The notes under the pieces are model-generated. The model saw nothing but the letters and a program-made list of their open reading frames with translations, did not search any database and was not told where the DNA came from. A program made the translations under genes and the position numbers. A DNA stretch of 64,000 nt from an uncultured Gammaproteobacteria bacterium (GTDB taxonomy: Bacteria > Patescibacteriota > Patescibacteriia > Magasanikbacterales > JBBTXJ01): the NCBI GenBank assembly GCA_964610305.1, contig CAZSVL010000001.1:6083-70082 (forward strand), written 5' to 3'. Positions 42,776 to 52,342 of this stretch are shown here, in pieces. Each line of letters begins with the position of its first letter. Within the stretch, counting starts at the first letter, position 1.

Positions 42776-44893
42776 TCCGGGTGTTATCCAGCCCTGAGTA
42801 GAGCTGGCGTGTTGCCAGGCAAAAATATTTATAGCCCCGCCATCTATGGTTGTCCACCAGTCGGCGGTTTTTTTAGCTTCTAGGGCAAGGCGATAATCGC
42901 GCCACCAATAGTTGTTAAGCACTAGGTACACGCGGTCTAGATCTGCCCGCTCTATCACTTCATCTGCAATAACATCGCTAGGCGTCTCATCTACCATTTG
43001 CAGAAAATATTCGTAGAGCGGCCCTCCGGTGGGTATCGGGTAAAAATAGGCCGGGCTGCCTTTTATAGTTATCTCTCTTTTGAAGCCAATCTGAGAGAGT
43101 GCTGCGGCGCTTACGGATTGGTTGGCAAGGACGGCATAGTTATTGTTTGCTTTGGCATTTTGTCCCTCAATAAATTCTACGGCTGTCAAATCTGATAGTC
43201 CCGTGCTATAGCCTCTGTGGTTGACCATTTTATCTACTCGCGGAAAGAGCAAATAAGCGTTTACTATTGATCCGCCGACAAAAGCAGCTATAAGTAATCC
43301 GTGAGTATATTTTGTATGATTTTCTGATACGTGTTTTAGGAAACTCAGGCCGCCAAACCAGAAAAAGGGAAGGGCTGTGATGCCGGCAAGCCAGAGCGTG
43401 CGCAGCGCGTAATCAGACTGCTCATATGAGATGACAAGCGGCTGCTGATTAAATAAATATAAGAGGGAGGCGCTGATAAACAGGGTGATAAGTGTGCTTA
43501 CATAAGGCGCAAAAAGGGCTCTTTTTCTTAGTTCTTTAACGCCGTATGCCGTTAGCAGGGCTGCAAAAATAAGGATGATAATTCTGGCAGTGTAGGTGGT
43601 ATTGGCAAGGCCATAGAAACTGTTAATGAGAAGGGAAATATCCTCAGGAAAAAGCGTTCTGCTCAAAATACGATCAGTAAAGTCAGATAAAGAGGGGATT
43701 ATGCCGGTGGCGCGCCATTCGTTTGCCAAAAAAAGAGCCGGCAGAAGGGTGGAGGCCGCTGCTATGCTGAGAGCTCGCCATTTTTTTGAGATGCCCAATC
43801 TACTGATTTCTGAGAAGACAATGAGCAGTGCACCAGCCGCTGCCGCCACGGGATGAAGTGTAGCGGTTGCCGCTGTGGTAATAAGCACTACCCACAGCGG
43901 CAGTTGTTTTTTGTGTAGTAGGGGTAGTTGTAAAACGAGGATTAAATAGAGCAAATTGGCAATCCCCTGGGGTGTGGTGGCTACAAACCAGCTGATTATT
44001 GGTAAAAGAAGAAATAGCAGCATTCGGCGCCTCCAGCTTTGCGGGGCTACAGCATAGAGCCAGCCGGGGATAAGGAGCGCGGCAAGGGCGGGAAGGAGGA
44101 TTTTGTCTATTAGATTAATTCCCAGCCCGGTGATATGAGAGAGCGCCACTACAAGCGTGTGTTGACCCAGATACCACAGCGGTTTGGGAGTGATGAGCCC
44201 ATTGTCCAGTATGTGTTGCTCTGTGGCACGGTGGACAAATGGGTCAAATCCGTACCCTACTTTGAAAATAAGAAGTCCCGCGCTTATCACAAGAAGTAGT
44301 AGAGCAGAGAAGGCGAGCGGCTTAATGTCTATGCTTTTTTTCCACGCAAGGATCCAGGCAAGACCAAAAAGTGCAGCCAGACCACCAAAAAATAGCGGCT
44401 GATCAATAAATTTCCATGGGGTTCTTATGGAACCAAGCGTGCCGCTGATGTATAGGTGATACAAAAGGGCGCCGCATATCGCAATAAAAACAAGGCTTAT
44501 ACTATTACTCTTCCAATCTAGAAAAAAAGTTCTTAGGTGTTTTGTGAGCGCCTGTGATTCTGCCTTCCGCTTTAGGATGAGGGTGGCAGCAGTTAAGATG
44601 CTCAGCACCCCAAGACTAACGGTGGCCGTGAGTTTATAGGGTAGATAAACGGCAGTCAGCAGTAGCATCGCACTAGCTAGCGCAATGGTAATGCCGGCGG
44701 AAAATTGCGCTGCAAAACGTTTGGTGGGAATGGCTCGTTTTCCAAGCTGGCTCGCTATTAGGAAAATTAAAAAAAAGAGCACGGTTGAGCGAAAAACAAC
44801 CGGCCATTGTTCCAATTGACCTATCCAACAAAGGGCTAGTAGGCCAAGGGTTGCTATGTTATACTTGAGCACAGAAATAGTCTTATATGGCAT
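42770..44893 (-). CDS. large polytopic membrane protein (about 700 aa, more than 15 TM helices) with a C-terminal soluble domain; GT-C-like glycosyltransferase or polymerase candidate
   Basis: Continuous hydrophobic helices; N-terminus uncertain because the ATG lies 1 nt from the divergent ATG at 44887. Confidence 0.45.
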   Translation of the reverse strand: MPYKTISVLKYNIATLGLLALCWIGQLEQWPVVFRSTVLFFLIFLIASQLGKRAIPTKRFAAQFSAGITIALASAMLLLTAVYLPYKLTATVSLGVLSILTAATLILKRKAESQALTKHLRTFFLDWKSNSISLVFIAICGALLYHLYISGTLGSIRTPWKFIDQPLFFGGLAALFGLAWILAWKKSIDIKPLAFSALLLLVISAGLLIFKVGYGFDPFVHRATEQHILDNGLITPKPLWYLGQHTLVVALSHITGLGINLIDKILLPALAALLIPGWLYAVAPQSWRRRMLLFLLLPIISWFVATTPQGIANLLYLILVLQLPLLHKKQLPLWVVLITTAATATLHPVAAAAGALLIVFSEISRLGISKKWRALSIAAASTLLPALFLANEWRATGIIPSLSDFTDRILSRTLFPEDISLLINSFYGLANTTYTARIIILIFAALLTAYGVKELRKRALFAPYVSTLITLFISASLLYLFNQQPLVISYEQSDYALRTLWLAGITALPFFWFGGLSFLKHVSENHTKYTHGLLIAAFVGGSIVNAYLLFPRVDKMVNHRGYSTGLSDLTAVEFIEGQNAKANNNYAVLANQSVSAAALSQIGFKREITIKGSPAYFYPIPTGGPLYEYFLQMVDETPSDVIADEVIERADLDRVYLVLNNYWWRDYRLALEAKKTADWWTTIDGGAINIFAWQHASSTQGWITPGL

Positions 44894-45462
44894 CAAAACC
44901 ACAAATATTTACGCACGATAAAATTTTTAACGCTCTTATCGTACGCTTTATTCCGCGTCGTGTCCAACCCAATCACGTCACGATCCTCAGAATGGTGCTT
45001 ACTCCCATTATTTTCTTTCTCATTTTGAAAGAGCGATACGATATTGGTGTGCCTCTTTTTTTGTTTGCTGCCCTTACGGACGTGATAGATGGCACCATGG
45101 CACGTGTTCGTAATAAAATTACACAGTGGGGAATAATGATGGATCCGCTTGCTGATAAGTTTTTGATTGGCTCCATTTTAATATTACTTGCTGTTCAGTA
45201 CGTGCATCCATTGCTAGTGTACGCGGTTATCGGCATAGAGGTGGCATTTATAATCTCTGCTGCGATTCATAAATACAGAGGTGGGCAGGCAAAAATGGCC
45301 AATTTGTGGGGGAAGATTAAGATGCTTTTGCAGGTGGTCGCCGTTTTCTTAATTCTTTTAGGATTGCTTATTGATTATCCAAGTCTTATTCATACCGCAA
45401 GCTTTGTGTTTGGGGGCGCATTGGTTTTTGCTATTATGAGTTTGTTTAGTCATGGAGTTTGA
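44887..45462 (+). CDS. CDP-alcohol phosphatidyltransferase family protein
   Basis: AALTDVIDGTMARVRNKITQWGIMMDPLADKF matches DG-x2-AR-x8-G-x3-D-x3-D. Confidence 0.8.
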   Translation: MASKPQIFTHDKIFNALIVRFIPRRVQPNHVTILRMVLTPIIFFLILKERYDIGVPLFLFAALTDVIDGTMARVRNKITQWGIMMDPLADKFLIGSILILLAVQYVHPLLVYAVIGIEVAFIISAAIHKYRGGQAKMANLWGKIKMLLQVVAVFLILLGLLIDYPSLIHTASFVFGGALVFAIMSLFSHGV

Positions 45463-47020
45463 TTTTACTAATAATAAACGATGGTGGATCGCAGGGGCGG
45501 TCATTTTTTTTCTGTCTACGGTGCTTTTGTATAGCGCAAGCGGATCTGTTTTTAATTCTCCGGATGAGGCTAGCGCTTATACGGTTATAGAGTCTTTTTG
45601 GGAAAATGGTGGGTGGTATAAGTCTGCAGCTCAGGTAAATACGCCTGGCGTGAAAGAGTTAATCTATCCCAGATCTATGTTTGTTTTGGGAGATAAAATT
45701 GTTCTGCGCGGGTTTTGGGGGCTTCCGGTGCTCTATAGTGTTATCAGCTGGCCCTTTACTCAGATTGGCTTGGGGGGCATTGTATTTGCTCTGACACCGT
45801 TGTTTGCTTTGGCCGGGCTTTGGGGTTTGTTTCAGGTTGTGTCGCGGTTTTTTGATCGGCGATATGCGTTTTGGAGCGTGGTACTACTTTCTATTCACCC
45901 AGCTTTTTGGTATTACACTGCCCGTGGCATGTTTCATAATGTGCTGTTGGTATCGCTGCTCTTGATTGGAGCAGGGGTATTGGTAAGATATAAAAAGCCG
46001 TGGGCACTTGCAGTGGCTTGCTGCAGTGTGCTGCTTGCTTTGATGATAAGACCAAGTGAGATTTGGTGGGTGGGAGTCTTGTCTTTGTATTGGCTTTATA
46101 AAAATAAGAAGGACTTGAACACAAAAAGTGTTCGTAATATCGGGGTGATTGCGGTACTCGCGGTTGTTGCGTACTATGGCGTGACTCACACTATTTATGG
46201 AGATTTGGGGGCGCTTACGGCGTATTCAGACGGCGCTGAGAGTTTTGAAAAAGGATCGCTCATGAAATGGCTGCTGCCGTTTGGCTTTCATCCGCGCGTT
46301 ATATGGTGGAGTGTGTCCAATTGGTATATAAAGTTACTTGCGCCGTTTACTTTTCTTGCTATTGTTGGGATGGTTCAGAGTAGGTATGATAAACGGGCTC
46401 GCAGATGGCTGATAATCTACGGGGCAGTAACGGCGTGGCTCTTCATATTCTATGGTAGCTGGAAAATCTTTGATAATCCCAATGAACACATAACTATTGG
46501 GAGTGCTTATTTGCGGTACTGGCTACCCAGCTTTGTTCTGTCAGCTCCATTTATGGCTAAAGCAATTCTAACATTTATTGAATCGTTTAAAACGAGGCGT
46601 ACTCTTGCGGCTGGCGTCGTTCTTTTGATTCTAGGTGGTTTCTCATGCCAACAGGCAGTAATTGGCAACGACGGCGTAATGCAAACGCATCAGGCAACTC
46701 AGGTGGGTCAGGTGATAACAGATGCTCTTCATACTCATGACGGCGGTATAGCAGATAATGCCGTTATTCTCTCTGATCATCAGGATAAGTATTTGTTGCA
46801 AGATTGGCAGGTTATGCAACCAGTAAAAAATGCCGACATTTTATTAGGTGTTCGTGCTCTTATAGAAGAGGGTGTGCCGGTATACATGGTTACTCATAGG
46901 CGGCACATAAATGAGTGGAAGGATCTAAAGGATAATTGGTTTGCTAATGCTGGAATTATGTATACGTACTGGTTTTCCGTAGATGATTTTTATGAGGTAC
47001 ACGCGCTGCGCGCTTTGTGA
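45452..47020 (+). CDS. polytopic membrane protein, GT-C-like (ArnT/PMT-type) candidate
   Basis: 522 aa, about 12 TM helices, short loops; no definitive motif. Confidence 0.45.
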   Translation: MEFDFTNNKRWWIAGAVIFFLSTVLLYSASGSVFNSPDEASAYTVIESFWENGGWYKSAAQVNTPGVKELIYPRSMFVLGDKIVLRGFWGLPVLYSVISWPFTQIGLGGIVFALTPLFALAGLWGLFQVVSRFFDRRYAFWSVVLLSIHPAFWYYTARGMFHNVLLVSLLLIGAGVLVRYKKPWALAVACCSVLLALMIRPSEIWWVGVLSLYWLYKNKKDLNTKSVRNIGVIAVLAVVAYYGVTHTIYGDLGALTAYSDGAESFEKGSLMKWLLPFGFHPRVIWWSVSNWYIKLLAPFTFLAIVGMVQSRYDKRARRWLIIYGAVTAWLFIFYGSWKIFDNPNEHITIGSAYLRYWLPSFVLSAPFMAKAILTFIESFKTRRTLAAGVVLLILGGFSCQQAVIGNDGVMQTHQATQVGQVITDALHTHDGGIADNAVILSDHQDKYLLQDWQVMQPVKNADILLGVRALIEEGVPVYMVTHRRHINEWKDLKDNWFANAGIMYTYWFSVDDFYEVHALRAL

Positions 47021-47556
47021 TTATGAAGCTTAAGGCTTGGCACATTCATGTTTTTCTGGGTCTGCTTGTTATCAGCAGTTTTGTGGTTCTATATTTGGCA
47101 AATGCAGTGCGTTCTGGAAGCATAACGTATGAGTATGATTTTGAAGACAGAAGTCCCTTCTTGTCTGATTTTTGGCCGCCTGAAAGATTTGATTCTACCA
47201 TACCAACCATTGGTGGTGTTGTCCGGCCTGTTGTTGAGACGCCGGTTACTTTTTTTGTTCATCCAACACGTGAATTTAGAAACGCCCGAGTACAAATGGT
47301 GTTCAAGTTTGCACAAGAGGCTCCGCTTATGCTTTTTTATAAATCGGGAATAAGAGATGATGACTACAAGCCGTTTGAGATTGAGCAGGTAGAGGCCATG
47401 GAAAACGGTTTTTGGAAGGCAACGGCAGCAGTAGACATGAATGATTGGTTTAGATCTAATGCGGGTAGGTATACCGCAAAAATTGATAGCCCGCTTTTGC
47501 TGGAACATAGAAATACTCTTTGGGTGAAACACATAAGCGTATCTTTGAAGGATTAA
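47017..47556 (+). CDS. hypothetical membrane-anchored (signal-anchor) protein
   Basis: 179-aa ORF in a tight operon with its neighbours. Confidence 0.4.
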   Translation: MIMKLKAWHIHVFLGLLVISSFVVLYLANAVRSGSITYEYDFEDRSPFLSDFWPPERFDSTIPTIGGVVRPVVETPVTFFVHPTREFRNARVQMVFKFAQEAPLMLFYKSGIRDDDYKPFEIEQVEAMENGFWKATAAVDMNDWFRSNAGRYTAKIDSPLLLEHRNTLWVKHISVSLKD

Positions 47557-47557
47557 T

Positions 47558-47740
47558 ATGTTAATTTTTTTGAAAAAAATAGCTGGACCTGTGGCATTTT
47601 GGTCTGGTTTATGGTTGCTAGTCTCTGGCATTGCTGAGCTTGCGCAAAAGGGGTTTGTGGTGCATCATATCAACACACGCTGGATTTGGCTTTTGTTTGG
47701 TTTTAGTGCTCTAGCATGGTTAATTTCTAAAAATAAGTAA
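47558..47740 (+). CDS. hypothetical two-TM small protein
   Basis: 60-aa ORF positioned operonically. Confidence 0.3.
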   Translation: MLIFLKKIAGPVAFWSGLWLLVSGIAELAQKGFVVHHINTRWIWLLFGFSALAWLISKNK

Positions 47741-47741
47741 T

Positions 47742-48155
47742 ATGGATTGTCTTTTTTGCAAAATTGCCTCTGGCGAAGTGTCAAGTAGTAAAATTTATGA
47801 AGATCAAACTGCCGTTGCTTTTCTGGATATAAATCCACTCTCAAAAGGGCACACGGTGGTAATTCCAAGGGAGCACGGAGGGACTATTTTGGATTATTCC
47901 AAAGAAGTTATGGAATCTTTTTTTGGATCAGTACAGGCGGTGGTGGCGCGAGTGAAAGAAAGCATTAATCCAGACGGCTTTACTATTGGAATTAATCATG
48001 AAATAGGTCAGGCCGTGCCGCATCTGCATGTTCATGTGATACCGCGATGGAAAGAAGATGGTGGTGGGGGAATGCATAGTGTTCATGGAAAGGATGCGGA
48101 TACGATGCTTGAGGACGTGGCTGCTTTGTTTAAAAAAAATAACCCGTCACTGTAG
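47742..48155 (+). CDS. HIT-family (histidine triad) hydrolase
   Basis: CLFCKIA... and HLHVHVIPR (HxHxHxx). Confidence 0.85.
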   Translation: MDCLFCKIASGEVSSSKIYEDQTAVAFLDINPLSKGHTVVIPREHGGTILDYSKEVMESFFGSVQAVVARVKESINPDGFTIGINHEIGQAVPHLHVHVIPRWKEDGGGGMHSVHGKDADTMLEDVAALFKKNNPSL

Positions 48156-48194
48156 TGACGGGGCTGCCAATATTGAGGCGCGCAAAATTACGTA

Positions 48195-48300
48195 TCGGAT
48201 CCACAGCAACGCCGTTGCTCCGCACTCCCTGTAAGTCACGAAAGTGAAGGAGGTCTGCGGCACGCGCAAGTGAGGCTGACTGAATCCACGTCTACCGCTC
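48195..48300 (+). ncRNA. candidate structured RNA; SRP (4.5S)-like GNRA-capped irregular hairpin
   Basis: CCGCACUCCCUGUAAGUCAC-GAAA-GUGAAGGAGGUCUGCGG resembles the SRP domain IV core GUCAGGUCC-GGAA-GGAAGCAGC; outer GCGCGC/GCGCG pairing; GC-rich 195-nt spacer with no ORF. Confidence 0.25.
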
Positions 48301-48350
48301 ACGTGTCTCATATTTGGCAACGAGCATAATCATAATACACTTTAATTGAA

Positions 48351-49382
48351 TTGGCAAGTATGAAATTGTTAGTAACAGGGGGAGCAGGATTTATAGGATC
48401 AAATTTTATTAGATATTGGCTTTCTGAGCATCCTCAGGATGATGTTGTTAACGTTGATTCTCTTACCTACGCGGGAAATCTAGAAAATTTGTCAGACGTT
48501 TCTGATAATCAGCGATATAGTTTTGTAAGAGCAGATATTGGCGATTACTCTGCCATGATGGAAGCGCTGCAAGGAGTAGACGCAGTGGTAAATTTTGCAG
48601 CAGAATCCCACAATGACCGCGGTATTTTGGATCCCAGTATTTTTTTAAAGACTAATGTTTTAGGAACGCAGACTTTGCTTAGAGCATGCAAAGACGCGGG
48701 TGTGGCGCGTGTGCATCATATCTCTACCTGCGAGGTTTTTGGGGAGTTAGAGCTTGATGAAGACAGGTTATTCACCGAGGGAGACCCTTATGAGCCCAAG
48801 ACGCCATATAACGCCAGCAAAGCTGCGGCAAATCATGTGGTGCAGTCCTACTTTCATACGTTTAAGCTGCCTGTGACTATCAGTCACTGCGCTAACAACT
48901 ACGGGCCTTACCAGTTTCCAGAAAAAGTGATCCCCGTTTTTGCCACTAACGCTCTTGAAGACAAGGAACTACCGCTTTTTAAGAGTAGTCAAAATAAAAG
49001 AGAGTGGATTCATGTTGATGATCATTCCCGGGCCATTGATCTTATTTTGCGCAGCGGTAAAATTGGGCATGATTATAACGTGGGAACGCTAACAGAGAAA
49101 ACCGTAGAGGATATCGCTGATGCGGTGCTTAAACATTTAGAAAAGCCTCATACGCTTAAAACCTACGTTCCCGATAGACTGCAGCACGATAAACGCTATT
49201 TGCTTAATCCCACCAAAATAAAGACAGAGCTGGGCTGGGAGCCACAAATAGATTTTGACCAGGGAATCCGCGACACCATCCATTGGTACCGCGATAATCC
49301 GCAATGGTGGCAGCGGTGCAAAAGCGGCGAGTATCAGCAGTATTACAACAATTACTATAGAGAAAAAATAGGACAACTTTAA
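48351..49382 (+). CDS. rfbB: dTDP-glucose 4,6-dehydratase
   Basis: MKLLVTGGAGFIGSNF (Rossmann), YxxxK region (YNASKAAANH), typical length. Confidence 0.9.
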   Translation: MASMKLLVTGGAGFIGSNFIRYWLSEHPQDDVVNVDSLTYAGNLENLSDVSDNQRYSFVRADIGDYSAMMEALQGVDAVVNFAAESHNDRGILDPSIFLKTNVLGTQTLLRACKDAGVARVHHISTCEVFGELELDEDRLFTEGDPYEPKTPYNASKAAANHVVQSYFHTFKLPVTISHCANNYGPYQFPEKVIPVFATNALEDKELPLFKSSQNKREWIHVDDHSRAIDLILRSGKIGHDYNVGTLTEKTVEDIADAVLKHLEKPHTLKTYVPDRLQHDKRYLLNPTKIKTELGWEPQIDFDQGIRDTIHWYRDNPQWWQRCKSGEYQQYYNNYYREKIGQL

Positions 49383-49384
49383 TT

Positions 49385-50062
49385 ATGTACACCATTATTT
49401 CATTAGGAGGGTCAATGGTGATCCCAAAACGCGGTTTTGATATTCGTTTTTTAAAAAGTTTTAAGAAGCTTATCGAGGGTGAGATTAAGAAAGGTAAAAA
49501 GTTTGTTCTTATTGTTGGCGGGGGAGCTACGTGTAGAGCTTATCAGAACGCCTTGGGCAAAGTAACCAAAGTAGATGATTCTATTTTAGATTGGATGGGA
49601 ATTCACACCACTTATTACAATGCACAATTTGTAAGGCTTATGTTTGGGGATCTTGCTTACAAAGAAGTGGTAATGAATCCAACAGGGAAAATACGCACAC
49701 GTAAGCCGATAATTGTTGGATCTGGATGGAAGCCGGGCTGTTCATCTGACAAGGATGCTGTTTTAGCCGCAAAGACCTATGGATCCAACTCTGTTATAAA
49801 TATTTCCAATGTTTCTCATGTTTTTGATAAAGACCCAAACAAGTATAAGAGTGCAAGGCCAATAGAGCGTTTGAGCTGGGATGAGTATTTAAAGAAATTC
49901 GGCGTAAAATGGAAGCCGGGCATGAGTGCGCCCTTTGGCATTCCTGCTGCAAAATTGGCAGGCGCAGGGAAAATAGTGGTGAGTATTGTTGACGGCGGGG
50001 ACAGCAAGGCTCTAAGTGCAGCTATCGCCGGAAAGCCATTTGAAGGAACACTCATAGGTTGA
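49385..50062 (+). CDS. amino-acid-kinase-family protein (archaeal-type UMP kinase-like)
   Basis: IISLGGSMV...FVLIVGGGATCRAYQ...; 225 aa; specific substrate not assignable. Confidence 0.55.
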   Translation: MYTIISLGGSMVIPKRGFDIRFLKSFKKLIEGEIKKGKKFVLIVGGGATCRAYQNALGKVTKVDDSILDWMGIHTTYYNAQFVRLMFGDLAYKEVVMNPTGKIRTRKPIIVGSGWKPGCSSDKDAVLAAKTYGSNSVINISNVSHVFDKDPNKYKSARPIERLSWDEYLKKFGVKWKPGMSAPFGIPAAKLAGAGKIVVSIVDGGDSKALSAAIAGKPFEGTLIG

Positions 50063-50112
50063 CAAAAACCGTTTTTTGTGGTGTACTGGAAGTAAGGAAA
50101 TTAGGAGGGTTC

Positions 50113-51108
50113 ATGCCAAAGGTAGTCACCGTGGGTGGGGGCTCAGGGCAATCAGTACTTTTAAAGGGGTTGGTGAATGTGTTGCCGCAAGCAGTAGAGC
50201 TTGGGGCTATTGTTACCAGCTCAGACTCTGGCGGATCAACGGGAGAGCTGCGCGATCAATTTGGTGTTTTGCCGGTTGGCGATTTGAGGCGGTGCATTAC
50301 GGCGCTTGCACAGACGCAAAATCCGATTTTGCGTCGTGTTCTCCTTGATGAGGAGCGCCCTACAGGACACCCCATGCTTAATTTTGCTCTGGCTCACCAC
50401 GTAAGTGGGAACCGTGGTGAGATTAAGGCCAGACTCAAGGACATTCAGGATCTTTTGGAAACACGCGGCTATGCTTGGCCTGTAACGTTGTGCCCCGTTG
50501 ACTTGAAAGCAACGTTTGAAAATGGGGAGCCGGTAATAGGAGAGCACCTCATTGATACCGGGGATCACGCTGGCAAGGGTAGAATCATCAAGTTGGAGCT
50601 TTTGCACAGCGAAAACGAGCATAACCATTCTCACAAGAAGGGTAAGAAGAAGATTTTCGGGGCCGCTAGGGGTGAAATTCTATCCGCAGATTTTGTGGTG
50701 GTGAGCCCTGGGGATCTGTATACCAGCATCATCCCCAACGTGTTGGTCTCCAAGATGAAGGCTGCGCTGCAAAATTCTGGCTGTAAGCTGGTCTTTGTGG
50801 TGAATGTCATGAGCAAGAGAGCCGAGACGTTCAAATATAAGGCTCACGAGTTTGTTAGGGAGTTTGAAAAGTACGCCGGCAAGAAGGTAGATGTTGTCAT
50901 CTGCAATAATGTTCGGCCGGCTCGGTCAGTCCTCAAGCGATATGAGAAGGAAGGCAAGCACTTTGTTGAGCCCATTAAAGTAAGCTCTTGGGATGGTCGC
51001 CGCGTGGTCAGCAGAGATTTGATTGTCTTTGATGATGATCACCGAATTCGACACGATGGCGACAAACTTGCTGCGCTTATCTATCAGATCATGTGCGGCG
51101 TTGCGTAA
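50113..51108 (+). CDS. CofD / YvcK (UPF0052) family protein
   Basis: MPKVVTVGGGSGQSVLLKGL N-terminus after AGGAGGG; the ORF-track start at 50059 overlaps the upstream gene. Confidence 0.65.
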   Translation: MPKVVTVGGGSGQSVLLKGLVNVLPQAVELGAIVTSSDSGGSTGELRDQFGVLPVGDLRRCITALAQTQNPILRRVLLDEERPTGHPMLNFALAHHVSGNRGEIKARLKDIQDLLETRGYAWPVTLCPVDLKATFENGEPVIGEHLIDTGDHAGKGRIIKLELLHSENEHNHSHKKGKKKIFGAARGEILSADFVVVSPGDLYTSIIPNVLVSKMKAALQNSGCKLVFVVNVMSKRAETFKYKAHEFVREFEKYAGKKVDVVICNNVRPARSVLKRYEKEGKHFVEPIKVSSWDGRRVVSRDLIVFDDDHRIRHDGDKLAALIYQIMCGVA

Positions 51109-51136
51109 AGGTCCGAGTTATCTCGGCCTTTTTTTG
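51109..51136 (+). terminator. terminator after the CofD-like gene
   Basis: GGTCCGAG-TTAT-CTCGGCC hairpin plus T7. Confidence 0.5.
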
Positions 51137-51142
51137 TTTATC

Positions 51143-51171
51143 TTGACAGAAATACGCAGCCTTGATATAGT
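51143..51171 (+). promoter_or_regulatory. rplJ promoter TTGACA-N17-TATAGT
   Basis: TTGACA at 51143-48, TATAGT at 51166-71. Confidence 0.5.
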
Positions 51172-51177
51172 ATGCGC

Positions 51178-51295
51178 ACCACAGACTGCAGCAGCCTTTT
51201 AGGCTTAATATGCTGCATAGGTAAAAATACTCGCCAAAGTGGCGAGACGGTCGATTTTTTGCCAATCTGTGTATTTCCACAGATTATTTTAATTT
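51178..51295 (+). ncRNA. ribosomal protein L10 (rplJ) leader, candidate autoregulatory structure
   Basis: About 118-nt 5' UTR with hairpins CGCCAAAGTGGCG and CAATCTGTGTATTTCCACAGATTATT. Confidence 0.35.
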
Positions 51296-51820
51296 ATGGC
51301 TAAAACAAAAGAGCAAAAAGAGCAGATTGTAGCACGTCTCAAAAGTGATTTTGAGCGGGCCAAGTCTGTTGTATTTGCGAATTTTCAAGGACTTAGTGTA
51401 GCTGAGGCTGAAGAGCTTCGCGGTAAGGCCAGAGAGTCTGGCGTTGGCGTATATGTTGCCAAAAAGACACTGCTTGAGCGCGCTGCTAAAGAGGCAGAGC
51501 TAGGAGATGTTTCTCCACGAGCTTTTGCTGGTGGAGTGGCAACCTTCTTTGGTTTTGAGGATGAAGTTGCTCCTGCCCGAATCGTTCATGAATTCTCTAA
51601 GGATCATGAAGTGGTTGAAATTGTGGGCGGAACCATGGAAGGTTCAGCTATTGCCGTAGAGCAGATTAAGGCACTTGCGTTGCTGCCAGGCAAGCAGGAA
51701 TTACTTGGCAAGCTTGTGGGCACACTTAACGCGCCGGTATCTGGCTTTGCCAATGTGCTCGCCGGAAACGTGCGTGGTTTGGTAACGGTTCTTGATGGAA
51801 TTCGCGATCAAAAAGCTTAA
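51296..51820 (+). CDS. rplJ: 50S ribosomal protein L10
   Basis: [42 protein letters not shown]. Confidence 0.9.
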   Translation: MAKTKEQKEQIVARLKSDFERAKSVVFANFQGLSVAEAEELRGKARESGVGVYVAKKTLLERAAKEAELGDVSPRAFAGGVATFFGFEDEVAPARIVHEFSKDHEVVEIVGGTMEGSAIAVEQIKALALLPGKQELLGKLVGTLNAPVSGFANVLAGNVRGLVTVLDGIRDQKA

Positions 51821-51830
51821 TAACAATTAT

Positions 51831-52304
51831 ATGTCAGATGATCAAACAACCGCTGTAGCAGAGGAGCAAAAAGAGGAAACTGTTGCTCCTGCGCCTGCAG
51901 CTGAAGAAAAAAGTGATGTAGAAGTTCCTGAGAAATTTAAGGGGCTTGTAGAGCAGATTGAGCAAATGAGTGTGCTTGATCTCTCAGAGCTTGTTAAGAT
52001 TCTTGAGGACAAATTTGGTGTGAGCGCAAGTGCTCCTGCCATGATGATGGCTGGTCCTGCTGCTGGTGGCGACGCAGCTGCCGCAGAGGAGAAGTCAGAA
52101 TTTAACGTAGAGCTTTCAGGATTTGGTGATAACAAAATTGCGGTGATCAAAGCCGTTAAAGAAATCACTGGTCTTGGTCTAGCAGATGCTAAAGGTTTGG
52201 TAGACGGAGCTCCATCTATGCTAAAAGAAGCGGTAAAGAAAGAAGAAGCAGAAGAGATGAAGAAAAAGATTGAAGAGGCAGGTGGAAGCGTAGAGCTTAA
52301 ATAA
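51831..52304 (+). CDS. rplL: 50S ribosomal protein L7/L12
   Basis: Ala/Glu-rich hinge and C-terminal [27 protein letters not shown]...[10 protein letters not shown]. Confidence 0.9.
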   Translation: MSDDQTTAVAEEQKEETVAPAPAAEEKSDVEVPEKFKGLVEQIEQMSVLDLSELVKILEDKFGVSASAPAMMMAGPAAGGDAAAAEEKSEFNVELSGFGDNKIAVIKAVKEITGLGLADAKGLVDGAPSMLKEAVKKEEAEEMKKKIEEAGGSVELK

Positions 52305-52310
52305 GATTCA

Positions 52311-52335
52311 AAAAACCAGCTGCGGCTGGTTTTTT
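52311..52335. terminator. bidirectional terminator, A5-hairpin-T5
   Basis: AAAAACCAGC-TGCG-GCTGGTTTTTT between the convergent rplL and the 720-aa gene. Confidence 0.6.
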
Positions 52336-52342
52336 GGTACTC

